Counted from the first letter of the stretch, positions 1-14,375 are shown. The stretch is 64,000 nt of DNA from Lingula anatina (GCA_051362555.1 CM120642.1:4092001-4156000), one strand, 5' to 3'. Notes: generated from the letters alone by a model not told the origin. Numbers and translations are program-made.

Positions 1-189
1 AAAAGCAACGACTGTGTGAGAACCGCACTTTAAACAGATTTCATAAAACATTCCTTCCAGTGCATCAATAGTTTCGCGGTCTTGTCCGCTTTCTTTTCAG
101 ATGTACTGAAAATTGCCTGTCTGTGGTTTATTTGTACATGCTTGCGACAGGAAAACATTTCTTCAGAAACTAGATGATATATTTTGGAA

Positions 190-745
190 GTACGTGCAAG
201 GTCAAGCATAATTGGAATTCATCCAAAAACTCACAATTCAATTTAGTAATCGGTGGATAAACAAACAGACAAACACACTGACAGGAAGACGGACAAGAAA
301 AAATACACATGTAAAATAGAATTTTGTAGTCGATACACAAACAAAATATACTCAGTTTTCTTTTAGCTAAGATGTATTTCGTTGTAGTGCTTTTGTTGCC
401 AAAACAGCTAGGTGTCATAAACATTCTCTCCCAGGTGACCAACTGTTTCACAGCCCACCCTGTTTTTACCTTTGAAATAGTGTAAATGCGATGTTTGTGG
501 ATTATTTGTATATACTTGCTACAGAAAAATATTTTTTCAAAAATTCGATGAAGTGGAAGTGACAGCGTGAGGTCTTTGCACTTAAACCAAGTGTCCAGAT
601 TTTCAAATTGCGTAGTTATATTTGGATAATCAGACAGACAAAAACACAGACAAAGAGACAGAGAAGAAAAGAGACACGTGGAAAATTTTTGTAGTCGATT
701 CACAAACACAACTTACTCAATTTTCTTTTAGCTGTTTTGCTGTAG
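190..745. repeat. Diverged ~370-bp-period direct repeat
   Basis: ttttgtagtcgat.cacaaaca...ttttcttttagct occurs at ~322-368 and ~687-733. Confidence 0.55.
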
Positions 746-2429
746 TACAAAGTTAGCATGTGCGTTCTCTACAGTCGTTTCAATCAGGTACTTTACCATC
801 AAATAAAACTTTTAGAAGAGGATTTCGTATTCAAAAAAACCCTACCATGAGCGACGTCCTTTCCCTACCCCCATTCTCTTGCCCCCCCCCCAAAAAAAAG
901 ACTGACCCCCCTGCCTTAAATGTATCTATCATAAATCTCACAAACTGAAAAGTAAGTCTCAAATGACCATGTAACATCTGTACTGTAATATAAAGGTGAT
1001 TTACCAAACATACTGAAAAAAAGGGCATTAACTTTATTGCTTTACTAGTATTTTCCTAAAATAAATTAATTTCACCTCATTTGATCTAAGACCCCGCTAT
1101 ACTCTGGCATAGTTAAGTGTTATATACATATTACATGTGTGTTTTTATACCAAGTATCCAGCTACTTAGTGATATGTAAACCAATTTTATATATCATATT
1201 TTATATGATATATTAGTTTCTTTCCCAACTACCGTGAATTGGATAATTGAGCTGAAACCCCTTTCGTTAATTGATCAATCATTACTCCCGTTAACTGAAA
1301 AAGTAAGTCTCAAATGACCATGAAACTTTTGTTATATAGATATGATTTTCGAAACAAAGTTTCATGGTCATCTGAGACTTACTTTTTCAGTTAAACTGTT
1401 GGCCCAAGTCCTCCATATAACTCACTTTTTGCTTCATTTTTCTGAATTTACATCATTTGACCTCTTTTTACTCTGGCTTGGCTTGGTTCAGTAATACATA
1501 GCTTTAATTAAATTACTTATGTGTTTAGAACAATAGTTTGGCTACACAATAATATACAATCCGTTGTTATAACTTATCTAAATTGCAAGCTTTGATTGAT
1601 TTTTCCCTACCCCTTTTTAAAACGCGCGTATTTGAGCCACAGGGAGTTAAAACTCTTTAAAATTAAACCTCTTGGGAAACTTTTTCGCCCTAGGGAATAC
1701 CTGGAAACAAAACCATCAAGGATTCAGAATTTTTTTCATTGTTTGTCGTTTACATTACGCTCTGCGCGTAAGTACAACAAGGTCATGTCAATCAAGTCAA
1801 GTTACATTACTGAACATCCCTGTTCCTTGCTCATTCGAGGCTGTCAATTACTAACATTACAAAATTAACTCCCTTGGAAACTTTTTCGTCCTAGTATAGG
1901 GAATACCTAGGAAAAAATAGATATCAAAGATTCAGAAAAAAAAAGTATTGTTTGTCACGGAGCTGCCATGAACTCCTCCTTCCTACCAGACAGTATGCTG
2001 ATCCTTTCGTACTTTGACCAGGCGGGATGCAAGCGAGTTATCAAATAACCTGACATGTCTCGACATGTTATGAATCTTGTGAAGCAGGTCCAAGACATGC
2101 ACAATCCACACAACATTGAGAAAACTGTGGCCCGACTAAAAAGGCGCGACATAACACCTCAGCAATAACATGCGGCGGATAGTTGTCTGCGGTTTGACTG
2201 AAAACCGAAGAACGGCAACATAGGCCTCTATCGTTTGATTTGCTGCGACATGGTAGCTTTAAAATAGCAACAACGTTCAACGTTCAACGAGCGCCCATGC
2301 CCCTGAAATACCACACTTGAAGATATCTCGCAAAGAAACGTGCTTTCTCAATAACATCTGGAGAGACTTTGCTGCTAATATAATTTTTTGCTTGAAATAT
2401 CCGAAATATAACCATTTGGTGCAGGTTGT

Positions 2430-5400
2430 TACTTTTGCACTACTCTTCCCAATTATGTAGATCTATTTATATGCTGTGTAGGGCCTATACATTAGCCCAG
2501 TAGGAAGTAGTTTCAGTCAACAGCGTGATGATATCTTCCAGTTACTAGAACAGGATTTAGCTAAATACCAAGAAATTGGGGACTGTCTGCTAGCAGGAGA
2601 CTTCAATGCAAAAACGAGCACCTCTTCTGATTATATTGTGAAGTAGTGATAGTAATGATTATATAGATGTTGGTGAGGGTTATGTATAGGCGACGTTGAT
2701 TTACCTAGAAATAGCATGGATACCCATGAGGTAGATCTTTATGGTAAGAAATTACTCGAACTCCGTAGGAGTGCTGGTATCAGAAAAGTTAATGGTAGGA
2801 AACTTGGTGACACTACTGGCTATTGTACGTGCTACAGCTACAGAGGCCTTCCTAGTGTAATAGACTACATGATATATCAAATTTCCATACTAGATCAGAT
2901 AGAGTACTTTCACAACCTCGTGAATAGGACACTGTCCCACAATAATAAAACTTTTGAAACCCTTGTTAATCAGAGAGCACATAACCCTAAGTATAACCTG
3001 TTCACAGAATTTGACTTTACCATAACTGAACATGAAGTTAGATTAGCTGCTCGTAGTCTTAAAAAGAATAAGTCCCCTGGGATCGATGGTATCCCAAATG
3101 AAATGCTGAGAGAGGGCTTAGACTCACTTGCCCCAGCTATCACTAAACTGTTCAATGCTATCTTCTCCAGTGGGAACTTTCCCTCCCTCTAGAGAGTGAG
3201 TATGCTCAACGTTATTCACAAGCAAGGTGATAAAAAACACCCCAAAAATTATAGAGGGATAGCCGTATCCAGTAACCTATGTAAATTATTTTGCAAAATA
3301 CTTAATAATAGACTTATGTCATTCACTTTAAAGAATAGCACGATTCCTATTAACCAAATAGGCTTTAAGAGAGGGGCACGTACAGTCGATCATACATTAG
3401 TACTTAAATCACTGATCGATAAATACTTGAATAAACTGGATAACTAAATGTATGTTTAAAAAAAATTTTCAAGCGCCTACGACACAGTATGGAGAAATGC
3501 TTTGCTATCTAAATTACAACTGGCAGGGATAGGTACATGTAATACATTTCTGAATATGATAAATAGTATGTATAATTCCGTCCAGTTTACTGTGAAAACA
3601 CCAGGGGGATTAACTAATGACATTAATACTAGTGTAGGCGTCAAACAGGGCTGCGTCCTCAGTCCCTTACTGTTCAACATCTTCTTCATTAGGGACATTC
3701 CCGACCTGTTCCTTAACAACGATAAATACAGCCCTGTTCACCTTAGGGATAAACCTATGTAGGCGGATGACCTCGTTATATTATCAGAGAGCCCGGCTGG
3801 ACTTCAGGCTGCCCTCAGTAGTTTGGATGAATACTGTAAAACCTGGGAGTTGTTAGTATATGTCCAAAAAAAAAAAGTAATGATTTTTGATAAACCTGGC
3901 CGCTTATTTAATAACCTAACCTTATCTCTAGGAACTGTGCATATAGAAATATGCTCAGAATATTGCTACGTGGGTTTGGTATTCACACCTTCAGGAAATT
4001 CAATAAGCAATGAAAATACTGAAAATCAAAGCACAAAAAGCATTTTTTAAAATCCGCCACCAGCTGTTTTCTAGGCCAGTTTCAATTGCCCGTAAACTTT
4101 TTCCACTCTAATACTCCCTATACTTAGCTGGGCCCATTTAGTCCCCAAGTGTAGCATGGTGAGTAATCTTCTGGAAATTTGTGACAGACCACCTGCTGAA
4201 GATGTCCACATTAAAGCCTGTAAAACAATTCTGGGGGTCCACAGGAAGGCATCTAATCTAGCGGCTAGAGGCGTACTGGGGAGTTACCCAGTGTTGATTC
4301 ATATGGTTGCCCTGGCAACAAATTACTGGTTTAATCTAAACAAGCTTAACTTTATGGGTAAAGAATCCTTGGCCACCTTAGCCCTTGACACAGACAGGTT
4401 TGAAAGTAAAGGTGGTGCCTGGTCCTTTGGCATAAAGCAAATACTACAGCTTAGTGGTAAAGTTGAGTGTTGGGATAGACCATTAGCCAAATTGAATAAT
4501 GTATCAACAAAAAATATCCGGGTCTCTCTCGAGAAAGTGTATGACCTTCAATGGGGGGAGGCAATAAGGGAAAGTAGCAAGCTAAGATCATATACAGAAT
4601 TCAAGAAATATTTTAAGACTGAAAATTATGTGATGATCTTTGATAAATTGCGGAGGACTATGTTGTGTAAACTAAGAATCAGCGCTCAGTCGCTCCAGAT
4701 CGAGAAGGGGAGGCATTGTTAACCCCCAACCCCGCCTCATCTAAGAGTACATGTATGTCAAATCTGTAATTCCGGAGAGGTTGAAGATGAAGTGCATTTT
4801 ATTCTGAAATGCGAGGCCTATAAGGAGCTGCGGGCAACTTTCTTTGAAAATATAAGGGCATAAGGGCTCATTCCCATAGATTTTAGATCGATCTATCCTC
4901 GTGGGGAGTCTCACTAGATTACTGTCAGATAATCCGGCTTAAATGTCCGTCCCGCCTACTACAAGCTGTAAGGGGGTAATTAACTTTCGTGTCCGCTCGG
5001 TTGACGGCTATTTAGCGTGAACCCTCAGTGAGTTAGGTCGATCTAGTTGCATCGATCTAATCTCTGGGAATGGGGTCTATGTTTCTTTTGTACTACGAAT
5101 GCCCACTCTCCCCTGGATATGTTTGCACGTCATGGATGTCATTATGCCCCTCCTCATATTCTTACAGAAATGCATGGAGAAGAGATTAAGCTTTTCTGCG
5201 CATGTCCAAACCAGATTTTAATACCATTGTGAGATCTGATATGCGCTGTCAGCAGAGACTGGGCGTGTAGATCAAACCTGGTAAATTGATTACGAAATGC
5301 GACATAAGTATCTGTTTGTATAGCCATTTATACCGACATTATGATAACCTATATTTATGTATTTGTTTGTGCTATGTTATAGTTAGCTGTGCTGTCATTG

Positions 5401-5458
5401 ATTGTACTGTGCCTTGTATGTGAGGGTGTTTATCAATAAAGAATCTGAATCTGAATCT
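2430..5458 (+). mobile_element. Degraded, 5'-truncated non-LTR retrotransposon (RTE-X-like LINE)
   Basis: APE endonuclease motifs (GDFNA, SVIDY), RT motifs (KSPGIDG, NYRGI, GVKQGCVLSPLLFN, *ADD at ~3760), C-terminal CxxC...HFILKC, AATAAA plus a (GAATCT)3 tail. Many stops and an internal deletion near 2910. The clade call is tentative. Confidence 0.88.
4864..5077. mobile_element. PIF/Harbinger-like MITE (~215 bp) inside the LINE 3' region
   Basis: Terminal inverted repeats with cattccca.aga..tagatcgat, a TAA left flank, and four related copies in the window. Confidence 0.75.
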
Positions 5459-5498
5459 GTATACTTTTTACTTACCTACAGGGTAAATGAAAAACTAA

Positions 5499-5920
5499 GA
5501 CTGCATTCCCACTGATTTAGATCGATCCATCTGGATCGACCCAACTCCCTGGGGGTTCATGCTAAATTGCTTATAGAGCGCACGGAAGTTAATTACCACT
5601 TTACAGCTTTTAAGCTGACATTAATCTAGTGAGACTCCCCACAGGGATAGATCGATCTATCCCCACAGGGATAGATCGATCTAAAATATGTGGGAATGCA
5701 GTTTTAGATCCCATTCCCAGAGATTAGATCGATTCAACTAGATCGACCTAACTCTCTGGGGGTTCACGCTAAATAGCCGTCAGCCGAGCGGGCACGAAAG
5801 TTAATTACCACCTTACAGCTTTTAGTAGGCGGGACGGACATTTAAGCCGGATTATCTGACAGTAATCAAGTGAGACTCCCCACGGAGATAGATCGATCTA
5901 AAATCTATGGGAATGCGCCC
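5499..5920. mobile_element. Two adjacent copies of the same Harbinger-like MITE (5499-5703, 5707-5920)
   Basis: Each has TIRs; flanks are TAA, a shared TTA at 5704-5706, and TTA. Confidence 0.78.
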
Positions 5921-8900
5921 TTAAACTCCCTTTGTTCACCTTCCGTCACGCTTTCTGTCTTCTTCTAGAGTAAATGCGATGATCCTGAGTCCTAAATCAT
6001 GACCCCCCCCTCCTGGATGTCCATATATGGAAAAATATTTAGCCTTATCTTGTACAGCCAGTGTCTAAGAAGACAAACAACCAACAGTTTACGCCTAAAT
6101 GTTTATCGCACATGGTCTGATAAGGAGATTAGTGTAAATCCCGAGATGTTTGATAGAGCATATGACAACTAGCTGATTATACATAATGCTGTAACAGTAA
6201 ACAAATATGATGACTATTTTTCTGGCTAAATTACACAACGCTGATAGACTTTGAGCGATAACAACTGTTCATATATGCTGCATGTCACAGCTTGTTTTTA
6301 TTGGTAAAAGCACCCAACTGTGGGTTTATATTTATATTTTATAAATAATATAAGATGGTGTATTTGCACAGGGAGTTTCAATTTCATTTCATTTTCTCCT
6401 TTAATGTCTTTGTAATAAGGGGAACTTTCTTTCCTACTGTAATTATACTTTATTACTTTGGCATGGTAGATAGCAAGCTTGGATGTTTTAGTTCATTTTA
6501 TGAAAGAAGCTTTACCCTGGTAATGACAAAAGAATAGAACTCTATTAAGGTTTATTCATTACTTGAAAGTAAATATTTCATCTTGCAATGTCGAAACAGA
6601 AATTCAGTCAAAATTGATTATGATTCTGACATGCATAGCTAAACAATTTACTCAAGTTTTTTTCTATTTTAGATATGGGAGAAGGGTGCATTGAATATAT
6701 GGATCATGATCAGGCTGGGAAGAATTAAAAAAATATCAATGAAAAATAAGGTCACTGTGTCTTAGGTAAGTTACTTTTGTCGTAATGCCTACAATGCATT
6801 AAACATTCATTAACAACATAACGCTTTTAAAAAACGTTTTTACCTACATCAACCTTGGGCATTTTCCTTTTTAGCGACTGGCCTCTCTGAAATGCCTTTG
6901 TGTCCTGTCAGAAGAGAGGGAGCCACGGTAGAATTAAATAATTTTGATATCTAATTTCTTGTAATAAGTACAAATTCTTTTCAATTTCTTGGGATTATGA
7001 GCCTGTGATCATGAATCTTGATTTATAAGTTGTAACCTGTACATTTATGTGGTTAACATTATTTCAGTCAAGCCATAACAACGTCACATTAAACTTCGCT
7101 GCATAATTCCATAGTGTCTACGTGGATACTAGTTTTTCATAATGCTATTATAATGTTGTTTTTTTAACATGCATGTTTTCCTTTTTTTCTGGGTGGCATG
7201 GCATAAGCAAGGCAGAAGGCCCTGAAGAAAATATCACTTGAGTTGTCCTTTTTGGAAAAGAAATACTGGATACTGGACTAGCCAACAGAGACTGCTTGAA
7301 ATATTATTAAATTTATAGTGCTCCTTCATGACAGTTTAAATGATTTTCAGTCATCTCACAGACTCTATACATTTCAAAGTGGACAAAAATTTTATGTTAA
7401 GTGGAAAAAAATCCAATACCTATTTTTAATTTGTAAAGTGGTATGGTATAACAGTCTACCTGATCGCCAGTAAAATTCGCACTGTGTCAGTGAAATTTCT
7501 TAAAAGCAGCTGTCACTTACTGACCCAGTTAATTTTTTCAGCTGTAACATGTACTACAATTCTGTTTATAAATGTTCCGACTAAGTGTTGTCTTGTTCTA
7601 TAATGACCTTTTGAAATGCCCGTGTGTTTAATCCTATTTGTAATAAAAGGCCCGTTTATCTTCTAGGATTTTTTCATTCGGCCCAGTAGGTTCTCAGACC
7701 TTGCTGGCCTGTGAGTTGAAAAGTATCAGGCACATACAGGAATCAGCAAGTCAGATGAAGAAGAGGAATTATTTTTATTTGCACGGTTGAAAAAAAATTA
7801 ACATAGACTGCATAAAACTGGAAAACTGTAGCAACTAAATCATACTTTTGCATTCATTAATTACTGCTTACGTATATTTTTTTGGTTTTGTAATAATAAA
7901 ATGGTTTTACAAACAAATCCTAATAAAACGATTCTCGAGTATAGAGTTGACTAAAAAAACATTTTAGGTAATAGTAAATAATAGTTTGAAATTCTACATT
8001 CTCATCTTTATTCCTGTTTCACTTTTAAGAGCTCAGTTTATATTAAAATTTCTATTTTATACATAAATATATTTATGTTTAAATAAAAATGTTAATGTTT
8101 AGCACTGTGTATGTACTTGTTCACAGACAAATAAGAAGTGTTAGTATATGTCAGAATTATCCTGAAAAAAGGAATATTTCGAAGATAAAAAAATTTTAGA
8201 CGAGAATTCGGAAAACTGTTACATGCCGCGGCATTGTCGCTACCTATCTTTAACATTTTAGTTTTATGCATTATAATATTAAAATTATACTGAAAGAAAA
8301 AATATGTCAAGATGAAATTAAGAAATTTAAAACTAAAGGCACAATTAAAGCTGATGCTGTGTCACAATCTAAATGTTTATTAGACCTTAGGGCTGGAGGG
8401 ATCAAAAGTTCATGTATATTATATTATATAATATTATGTCTTTTGGCAGTGACGACAGACGTTCACTGGAATGACATTTCACAAGCCACAGTTGGGACGT
8501 TCTCTTTCCCGACTTCTCCTTGGTGATTTATCACTAGGGTGTTCAATAAATAGCCATCTTCCATCGACTCAAAAATACTCATGGCGACCATCCTCAGTCA
8601 CCACCTCATTATCGCTTTCTATAATATCATTCCCTGCCAGCACATCGTCCAAATAATCACCTGTGAATAGCGCTGCTTTTGACACAACTGACCTAGAAAC
8701 CTAATACGATATAACGCACATGAAATCAATCGCCAAGCTGAGGAGAGCGACGTAGACGAAACCTTGAGACAGGAGCACCCCCCCCCCCCCCCACCGGTAG
8801 CTAGATCCGCCCACCGTAACAGACATCGGACAATAGAAAGGCCTAAGTGTAATCTTTTTCTGTTGAAACTCCTCGATATGCACGACCTCTCTGGTCAGTT

Positions 8901-9452
8901 ACGAAAGAGAGTCATTCAACATGTACATGTTACAATGAATAAAATACTTAATTGAAACAAAATAACTAATTAAATAAATACACACGTTTAATAATATAAC
9001 AAAATAAATAATGTTTCATGGCAATTGGATTTGAAAGAATGATTAGTTTATCTGTAGAAATAAAAGTGTTTTTGCACGACCCCTCTGGTCAGTTACAAAA
9101 GAGAGAGTGAAAAAGGGTGCGGCAACCGGATCAGGTGAACTCGTCTTTTATCAAGTGAAGGAATTATCCAATCAATGCCAGCCAAATAGAAAGAAAAAAG
9201 AAAGAAAGAAAGAAGAAATAGACATACAATATAAACAAATGGATATGGTAAAAAATACACGCGACGGGTCTTTATACAAGTACCCCGTCACACATTAGAG
9301 AGATTTTTCGGAGAGAAACGACGCTTTTTCCGGTACTAGCCAAACTTAATGAGTCCGTTCTGACATTCATGTTGGTCTATTTTTTTTTAGTTTGGTTTTT
9401 GTAAAAATCCCTTAAGAGATTATAGCGGATGGTAGCTATTTATGAAGGTACA

Positions 9453-10650
9453 CACTGTAAAAACAGTGTTTAGCATTTAAATACATACAACACACGTTAG
9501 GCACCTATACGCATTTAGAAATCTGTGTAAATGCTAAACGCGTATAGCTTTTCAAACGTTTCACAGAAGAAAAAGCAAGACACGTTGGCATTGTTACACG
9601 TTTAGCTATGTGTTTAGCTTCACCGGCATATTATTCTATAACAAGTCTATCACAAGCTAAGCACATTGGCTAAGCACTTCCTCTGCTAAGCGCGTGAGGC
9701 TGCTAAACATATGGAGCTGCTATAGGTGTGGAATTCCTTAACGCGTGGAGCTGCTAAACAACGTGTTTAGGTTTTCAAGCTCGTCACAGAAAAAAAATGC
9801 TTCACAATCCCATATATACGATCCCATAACAAGTTTATTACAAGACTCAACAATTTTGCTTAATACTTCCCCTTGTAAACATATGGGGCTGTTGGAGGCG
9901 AGAAGCAGCCTACTCGAACGCGTTGTGTCCTTCCTTGCAGTAACGTGTGATTATTTAAAATAGGCCTATTAGGTAATAATCCAAATAACAAATAACGTTT
10001 TCACGACGTTATCAGCTGGTTACATGATGGTGATGGTATAGAATTACGTCATGGTAACGTTATGGGTGTTTTTAACTCCATGCAAAATGATGCCCTTGCA
10101 GTTTTATAAGCGTTTTATAACATTCTGGAAAAACATTATTTAATGTTTTGAAAACTTTTTTATTAATCACCAAAACACGTCTTATGCTGTATGAACTACA
10201 GTTAGCGGTTAATTCCAAAATGGGCTTGGGTTAGCGCGGTGACAAATATTCGGACTATCGTTACCAAAATAACCAGCATGTGATGAAAGCTTAAATAAAC
10301 CATTTTAATGAATACCCCACCATCATCCTGATGTTCTATTGATCATTACTTCCGGAAAAAATAAATGAACATCAATACCTTAACGTATTTTATCAAAATA
10401 TGAAAAAAATGTTTTAAAGTAAAAGTGATAGTTGTTTCGTGTCTTTAGTAAAGTAGTGAATTTTCCTAACTTGTTTTTCAGAAATATATTCCAATTAACT
10501 TCCTCGCAAGGTCAGCTAACACAAGGATGAATAAGTCCCGCTGTAAAGTTGATGGTGTGAATCAACTATGTTGACAGTTCACGGTACCCTGTTATAGATA
10601 GAGATAGCTATAGCAGTTAAAGGTGACCGTGACTTCGCGCGCGCGCACGC

Positions 10651-10695
<45 letters not shown>

Positions 10696-10878
10696 AGGTT
10701 AAAAAGGTTTCAATCTTAAAGTTAAACAAATACACCCTACATTTATCAGGCGTCAAGCACGTCAAATCGTGTAACATGTTAATAGGCTAAACGTGCTTAG
10801 GTGCTAAACGCGTGGAAAAAATGAGACAAAACAGTCGCTTAGAAATGTGTCTCAGAGCTAAACACTGTTTTTACAGTG
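9453..10878. mobile_element. Non-autonomous EnSpm/CACTA-like DNA transposon
   Basis: 22-bp TIR CACTGTAAAAACAGTGTTTAGC, 2-bp flanking duplication CA, subterminal gctaaac/gctaagc repeats. Confidence 0.75.
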
Positions 10879-11099
10879 CAGTTGGTCCGATGTCAAGCAC
10901 AGATTCTAGAATAATTGCGATGGCCAGTGTTTTGGTGGTAAGATCAACGGCCTACTGGTCGTATAATAAATCTGAACCAAGCTGAACAATACTATTCCAG
11001 TTCAAACTCCAAGAAACCTGTCAGAAGAAATAGCTTACCGTTTTAGAGCCCCAGTAGCAACCAGCTTAGGCCAGGTGCACTACGGACCATTGCTGTGAC

Positions 11100-12020
11100 T
11101 ATATACAACCATTGTTATAACTTATCCAAATTGCAAGCGTTGAATGATTTTCTTTTTCCCCATTTTTTAAACGCGCTTATTTGCACCACCAGGAGTTACA
11201 TCTTTAAAATTAACCACCTTGGGAAACTTTTTTCGCCCTAGGGAATATCTAGGAAAAAATAAACATCAAGGATTCAGAAAAAAAAAGTTTGTCACGGAGC
11301 TGCCATGAACTCCTCTTTCCCACCAGACAGTATACTGACCCTTTCGTACTACATGTCTCGATAGACTTATGAGACTCTTGAAGCAGGTCCAGGGCATGCA
11401 GGATCCACACAACATTGTGCCAACTACGACCCGACAAGAAAGGCGCGGCATAACACCGCAGCGATAACATGCGGCGGATAATAGTCAGCGATATGGCTGA
11501 AAACTGAAGAACGGCGGCGTAGGACTCTATCGTTTGACTCGTTGCCACATGGTAGCCTTTAAATAACAACAACGTTCAACAGGCACAAACGTGTGCCCGT
11601 TTTCCTGAAATACCACAGGAATTGATGATATCTCGCGAACAAATGTGCTTTCTCAACAACATCTGGAAATATATTGCTAACAAATTATTTTCTGGTGCTC
11701 GAAAAATACCAGGTGGTTATATTAGAACCCCTTTTTCCATTATGTAATATATATTTTTTTACTTACCGACTTGAAGACAGTTCACCTTCTGACACGGTTT
11801 CTGTCTTCTGCTAGAGTAAGTAGGATGGTCCCGAGTCGTTATTTATGTCATCAATTGGTTATATCTATATAAAGAAGACAAACAAATCAAAGTACATATC
11901 TTATCTATCGATACACATGAACGTGTGATCTCTATCCGTATCCAGGACTTGAAAAGAAGGTTCAGTCCCGTTATGTCTTCAATAGTGGGCAGGACAGCAT
12001 GCTAATGCCTGATAATAACT
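11100..12020. repeat. ~0.9-kb unit repeated at 1560-2420 plus 5460-6250 and, more diverged, at ~29150-29900
   Basis: Long by-eye alignment (gtcacggagctgccatgaactcc, gaagcaggtcca, ttctgtcttc..ctagagtaa). Copy 1 is interrupted by the LINE and the MITEs. Confidence 0.8.
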
Positions 12021-13699
12021 TGGACCATAGGAAAGAAAAATTGATTCTAAAAAAGCACAGGCAAAAAGACCTTCTACAATTGAGATGTAACAAACTATGT
12101 CGTAGGTTTTCCATGGTCTCTAGATAGTATGATAGAAAGAAGATATTCCTTACTGAACGCTTTAATTACTTTAGGCAAAACCGGAGCCTTATGTCAGCCG
12201 GTCACTTATAAAGGCAATCAAGCATGGAAAGTCCATTTTGTTTTGCTTGGAACTAGGGCCTGATAAGACGTTACAGTACACGTCACCTGTTCAATGTGCA
12301 CTTTAATTCGGGTATCTAACAGTAAAATAAACAAGCGTTAACCCTTTAAAATACAAAGTTCAATAAAGGGGCTGGCTTTCACGTGGATTTGTCGTGAAGG
12401 TAATTTCCTATCACGTGTAATGTAATTCAAGCTTCCGAATGGGAACTTTTTTGTGCTAAAAATAACTGACTGAAAAACACGCGATAAAACCGAAAATAAA
12501 AGGGGAAATTCAGCACTAGAGCTTATTTGATTGAAGCTTTTCGTTTCTACAGCGTTAGCATCATGACCAGGCCCTGTGATGAGTGACAGCCTTACTAGGG
12601 ATAGGTGGCAATTAATAGATGCTCATATTTCCCCCTTTCTTTTCCACAAAAAGAACAAGAGTCATTATCTATAGTAGATATTTTTATTCAGGTACATGTA
12701 CAAGTAAAATATTCTGTACTAAAAGCATATATTTTATCTTACTGTCCAGAGCAGGCGTTTACTATTAGTACATGTATTTCAAATGACAATGTAGATTGGA
12801 TTTTCTCATGAACTGATCAATGTTTGAAAAGCTGCCATTCCTATCTTTTTTTTCTTAAAAATATCTCACAATTTTTACTCCTTTTTAAACCAATCTTTAT
12901 AGAGTACTGCCGTACAGCCTATTTTCATTTCTTCATTTTCCACAGTGACATATTTGTCATACTTTTACTACAGTTTTCAATGACATAAGAACATCTTTCC
13001 CAAAGGCATTTTTCAATGGTTGTTTGTAGTTGTACGCAATATGTTTCCCTGTGTCATTAATACCTTCTGTTTGGAGTATAGATAACCTGGATGGGGTATA
13101 AGATAAGATGAGATTTTATTCAGCCATTGATATATAAATTGAACTGCAATTCGGGTAAAGTGAATTACGTATAAAATAACAATATCATTTCTAAGATATA
13201 GTTGCTAAAAATTCTATTTTTCTTTTAAAAATAAGAGACAGCAAATGGGAGAAAACCGTTAAAACCTTTTGGGTCCTTAAAAAGTAAAAACTCTACAGAT
13301 ACTCGGTAAGAAATAAAAGAGACCGTGTGCAGGATGGGTACAGTCAGACATAATTTTCCTGTCTTTGTTTCTAGTCTTTCTGTATAAATGGTACTAATAG
13401 CGAGGAGATCAAGATCAATAATTTTGCTACATGTACTTGTCACCACATCTGAACGCTTGCGGTATTTTTCAGTGGCACCTCCATACCACACTGTGATTGC
13501 AATTAAATGTTAAAAGACTCTCAATTATGCACCTGTAAAAGTTCGATAAAATAATAACATTAGATGTTAAACCCTTCTACTTTCTTAAAAAAGTATATCT
13601 TTTGTCTTGCTTTTTTAAAAACTGTTTGTCTATGTGGTCCTCCCGTGTCAGTGAGCTGTTGAATTCGACACCAAGCAGTCTAAGATCGGTAACTTGTTT

Positions 13700-14170
13700 A
13701 CTGCAGTACCATTGATGTGAACGGGCTCTTTTAAATTTCTTTTCTTTCTGAAGTCAACCACCATTCCCTTAGTCTTACATACAGTAACAGAATGGTGTAC
13801 AATACACCATTGTACAAATGTACAACTGAGTTGATGATTCTCCTATGTATACCAGATCTCGTTATTATCACTTATTAAACCAATTAAAGTTGTACCATCG
13901 GCAAACTTCACAATGCGATTACTTTCATGGGACGAATCACAATCAAACGTGAACAAGCTATAAAAAGCATGGTCATAGTACACAATCCTTAGGCGTGCCT
14001 GTATTTAAAACCACAGTATCAGAAAGGGTTTTACCCACTTTCACAGCCTGACTTCTGTCTAATAAAAAAATCTAAGATCCAATTGCATAAAAATATAGGA
14101 TATTCCAGGTCATTAAAAATCTTAAAATAAAGATTTTGTGGAATCATAGTCTTAATTATCTTCTTAATTA
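13700..14170 (-). mobile_element. Degraded LINE reverse-transcriptase fragment (Rex1/Babar-like)
   Basis: The minus strand reads LCNWILDF, AVKVGKTLSDTVVLNTGTP, IVKFADGTTLIGLI, KTKGMVVDFRKK. Confidence 0.7.
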
Positions 14171-14372
14171 TATTAAGTCATGGACTTCTGTCATCTGCAC
14201 AAAATCAACAAGTACCAAAATCAACTAGTCTACACAGACACATTTTGCAAATCATTTCTAAAACCTTTCGTTGGAGGCGTTGAAAGAGGTAATGTGATTC
14301 TCAATAAATCTTTTTAAGAACGCTGTGTAATTGTATCAGTCTGGAGTGTCTACATACATAGATCATTTGACA

Positions 14373-14375
<3 letters not shown>

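Noticed and set aside
170-709. 179-aa minus-strand ORF
   Set aside because: Lies in an internally duplicated repeat, has a non-ATG start and shows no protein-like signal.
11249-11662. ORF with an in-frame TGA (HVCAC*TLL, 11578) shared with the paralogous copy; possible selenoprotein
   Set aside because: No similarity to a selenoprotein family I recognise, no SECIS identified, and the other copy has additional TAA/TAG stops and indels.
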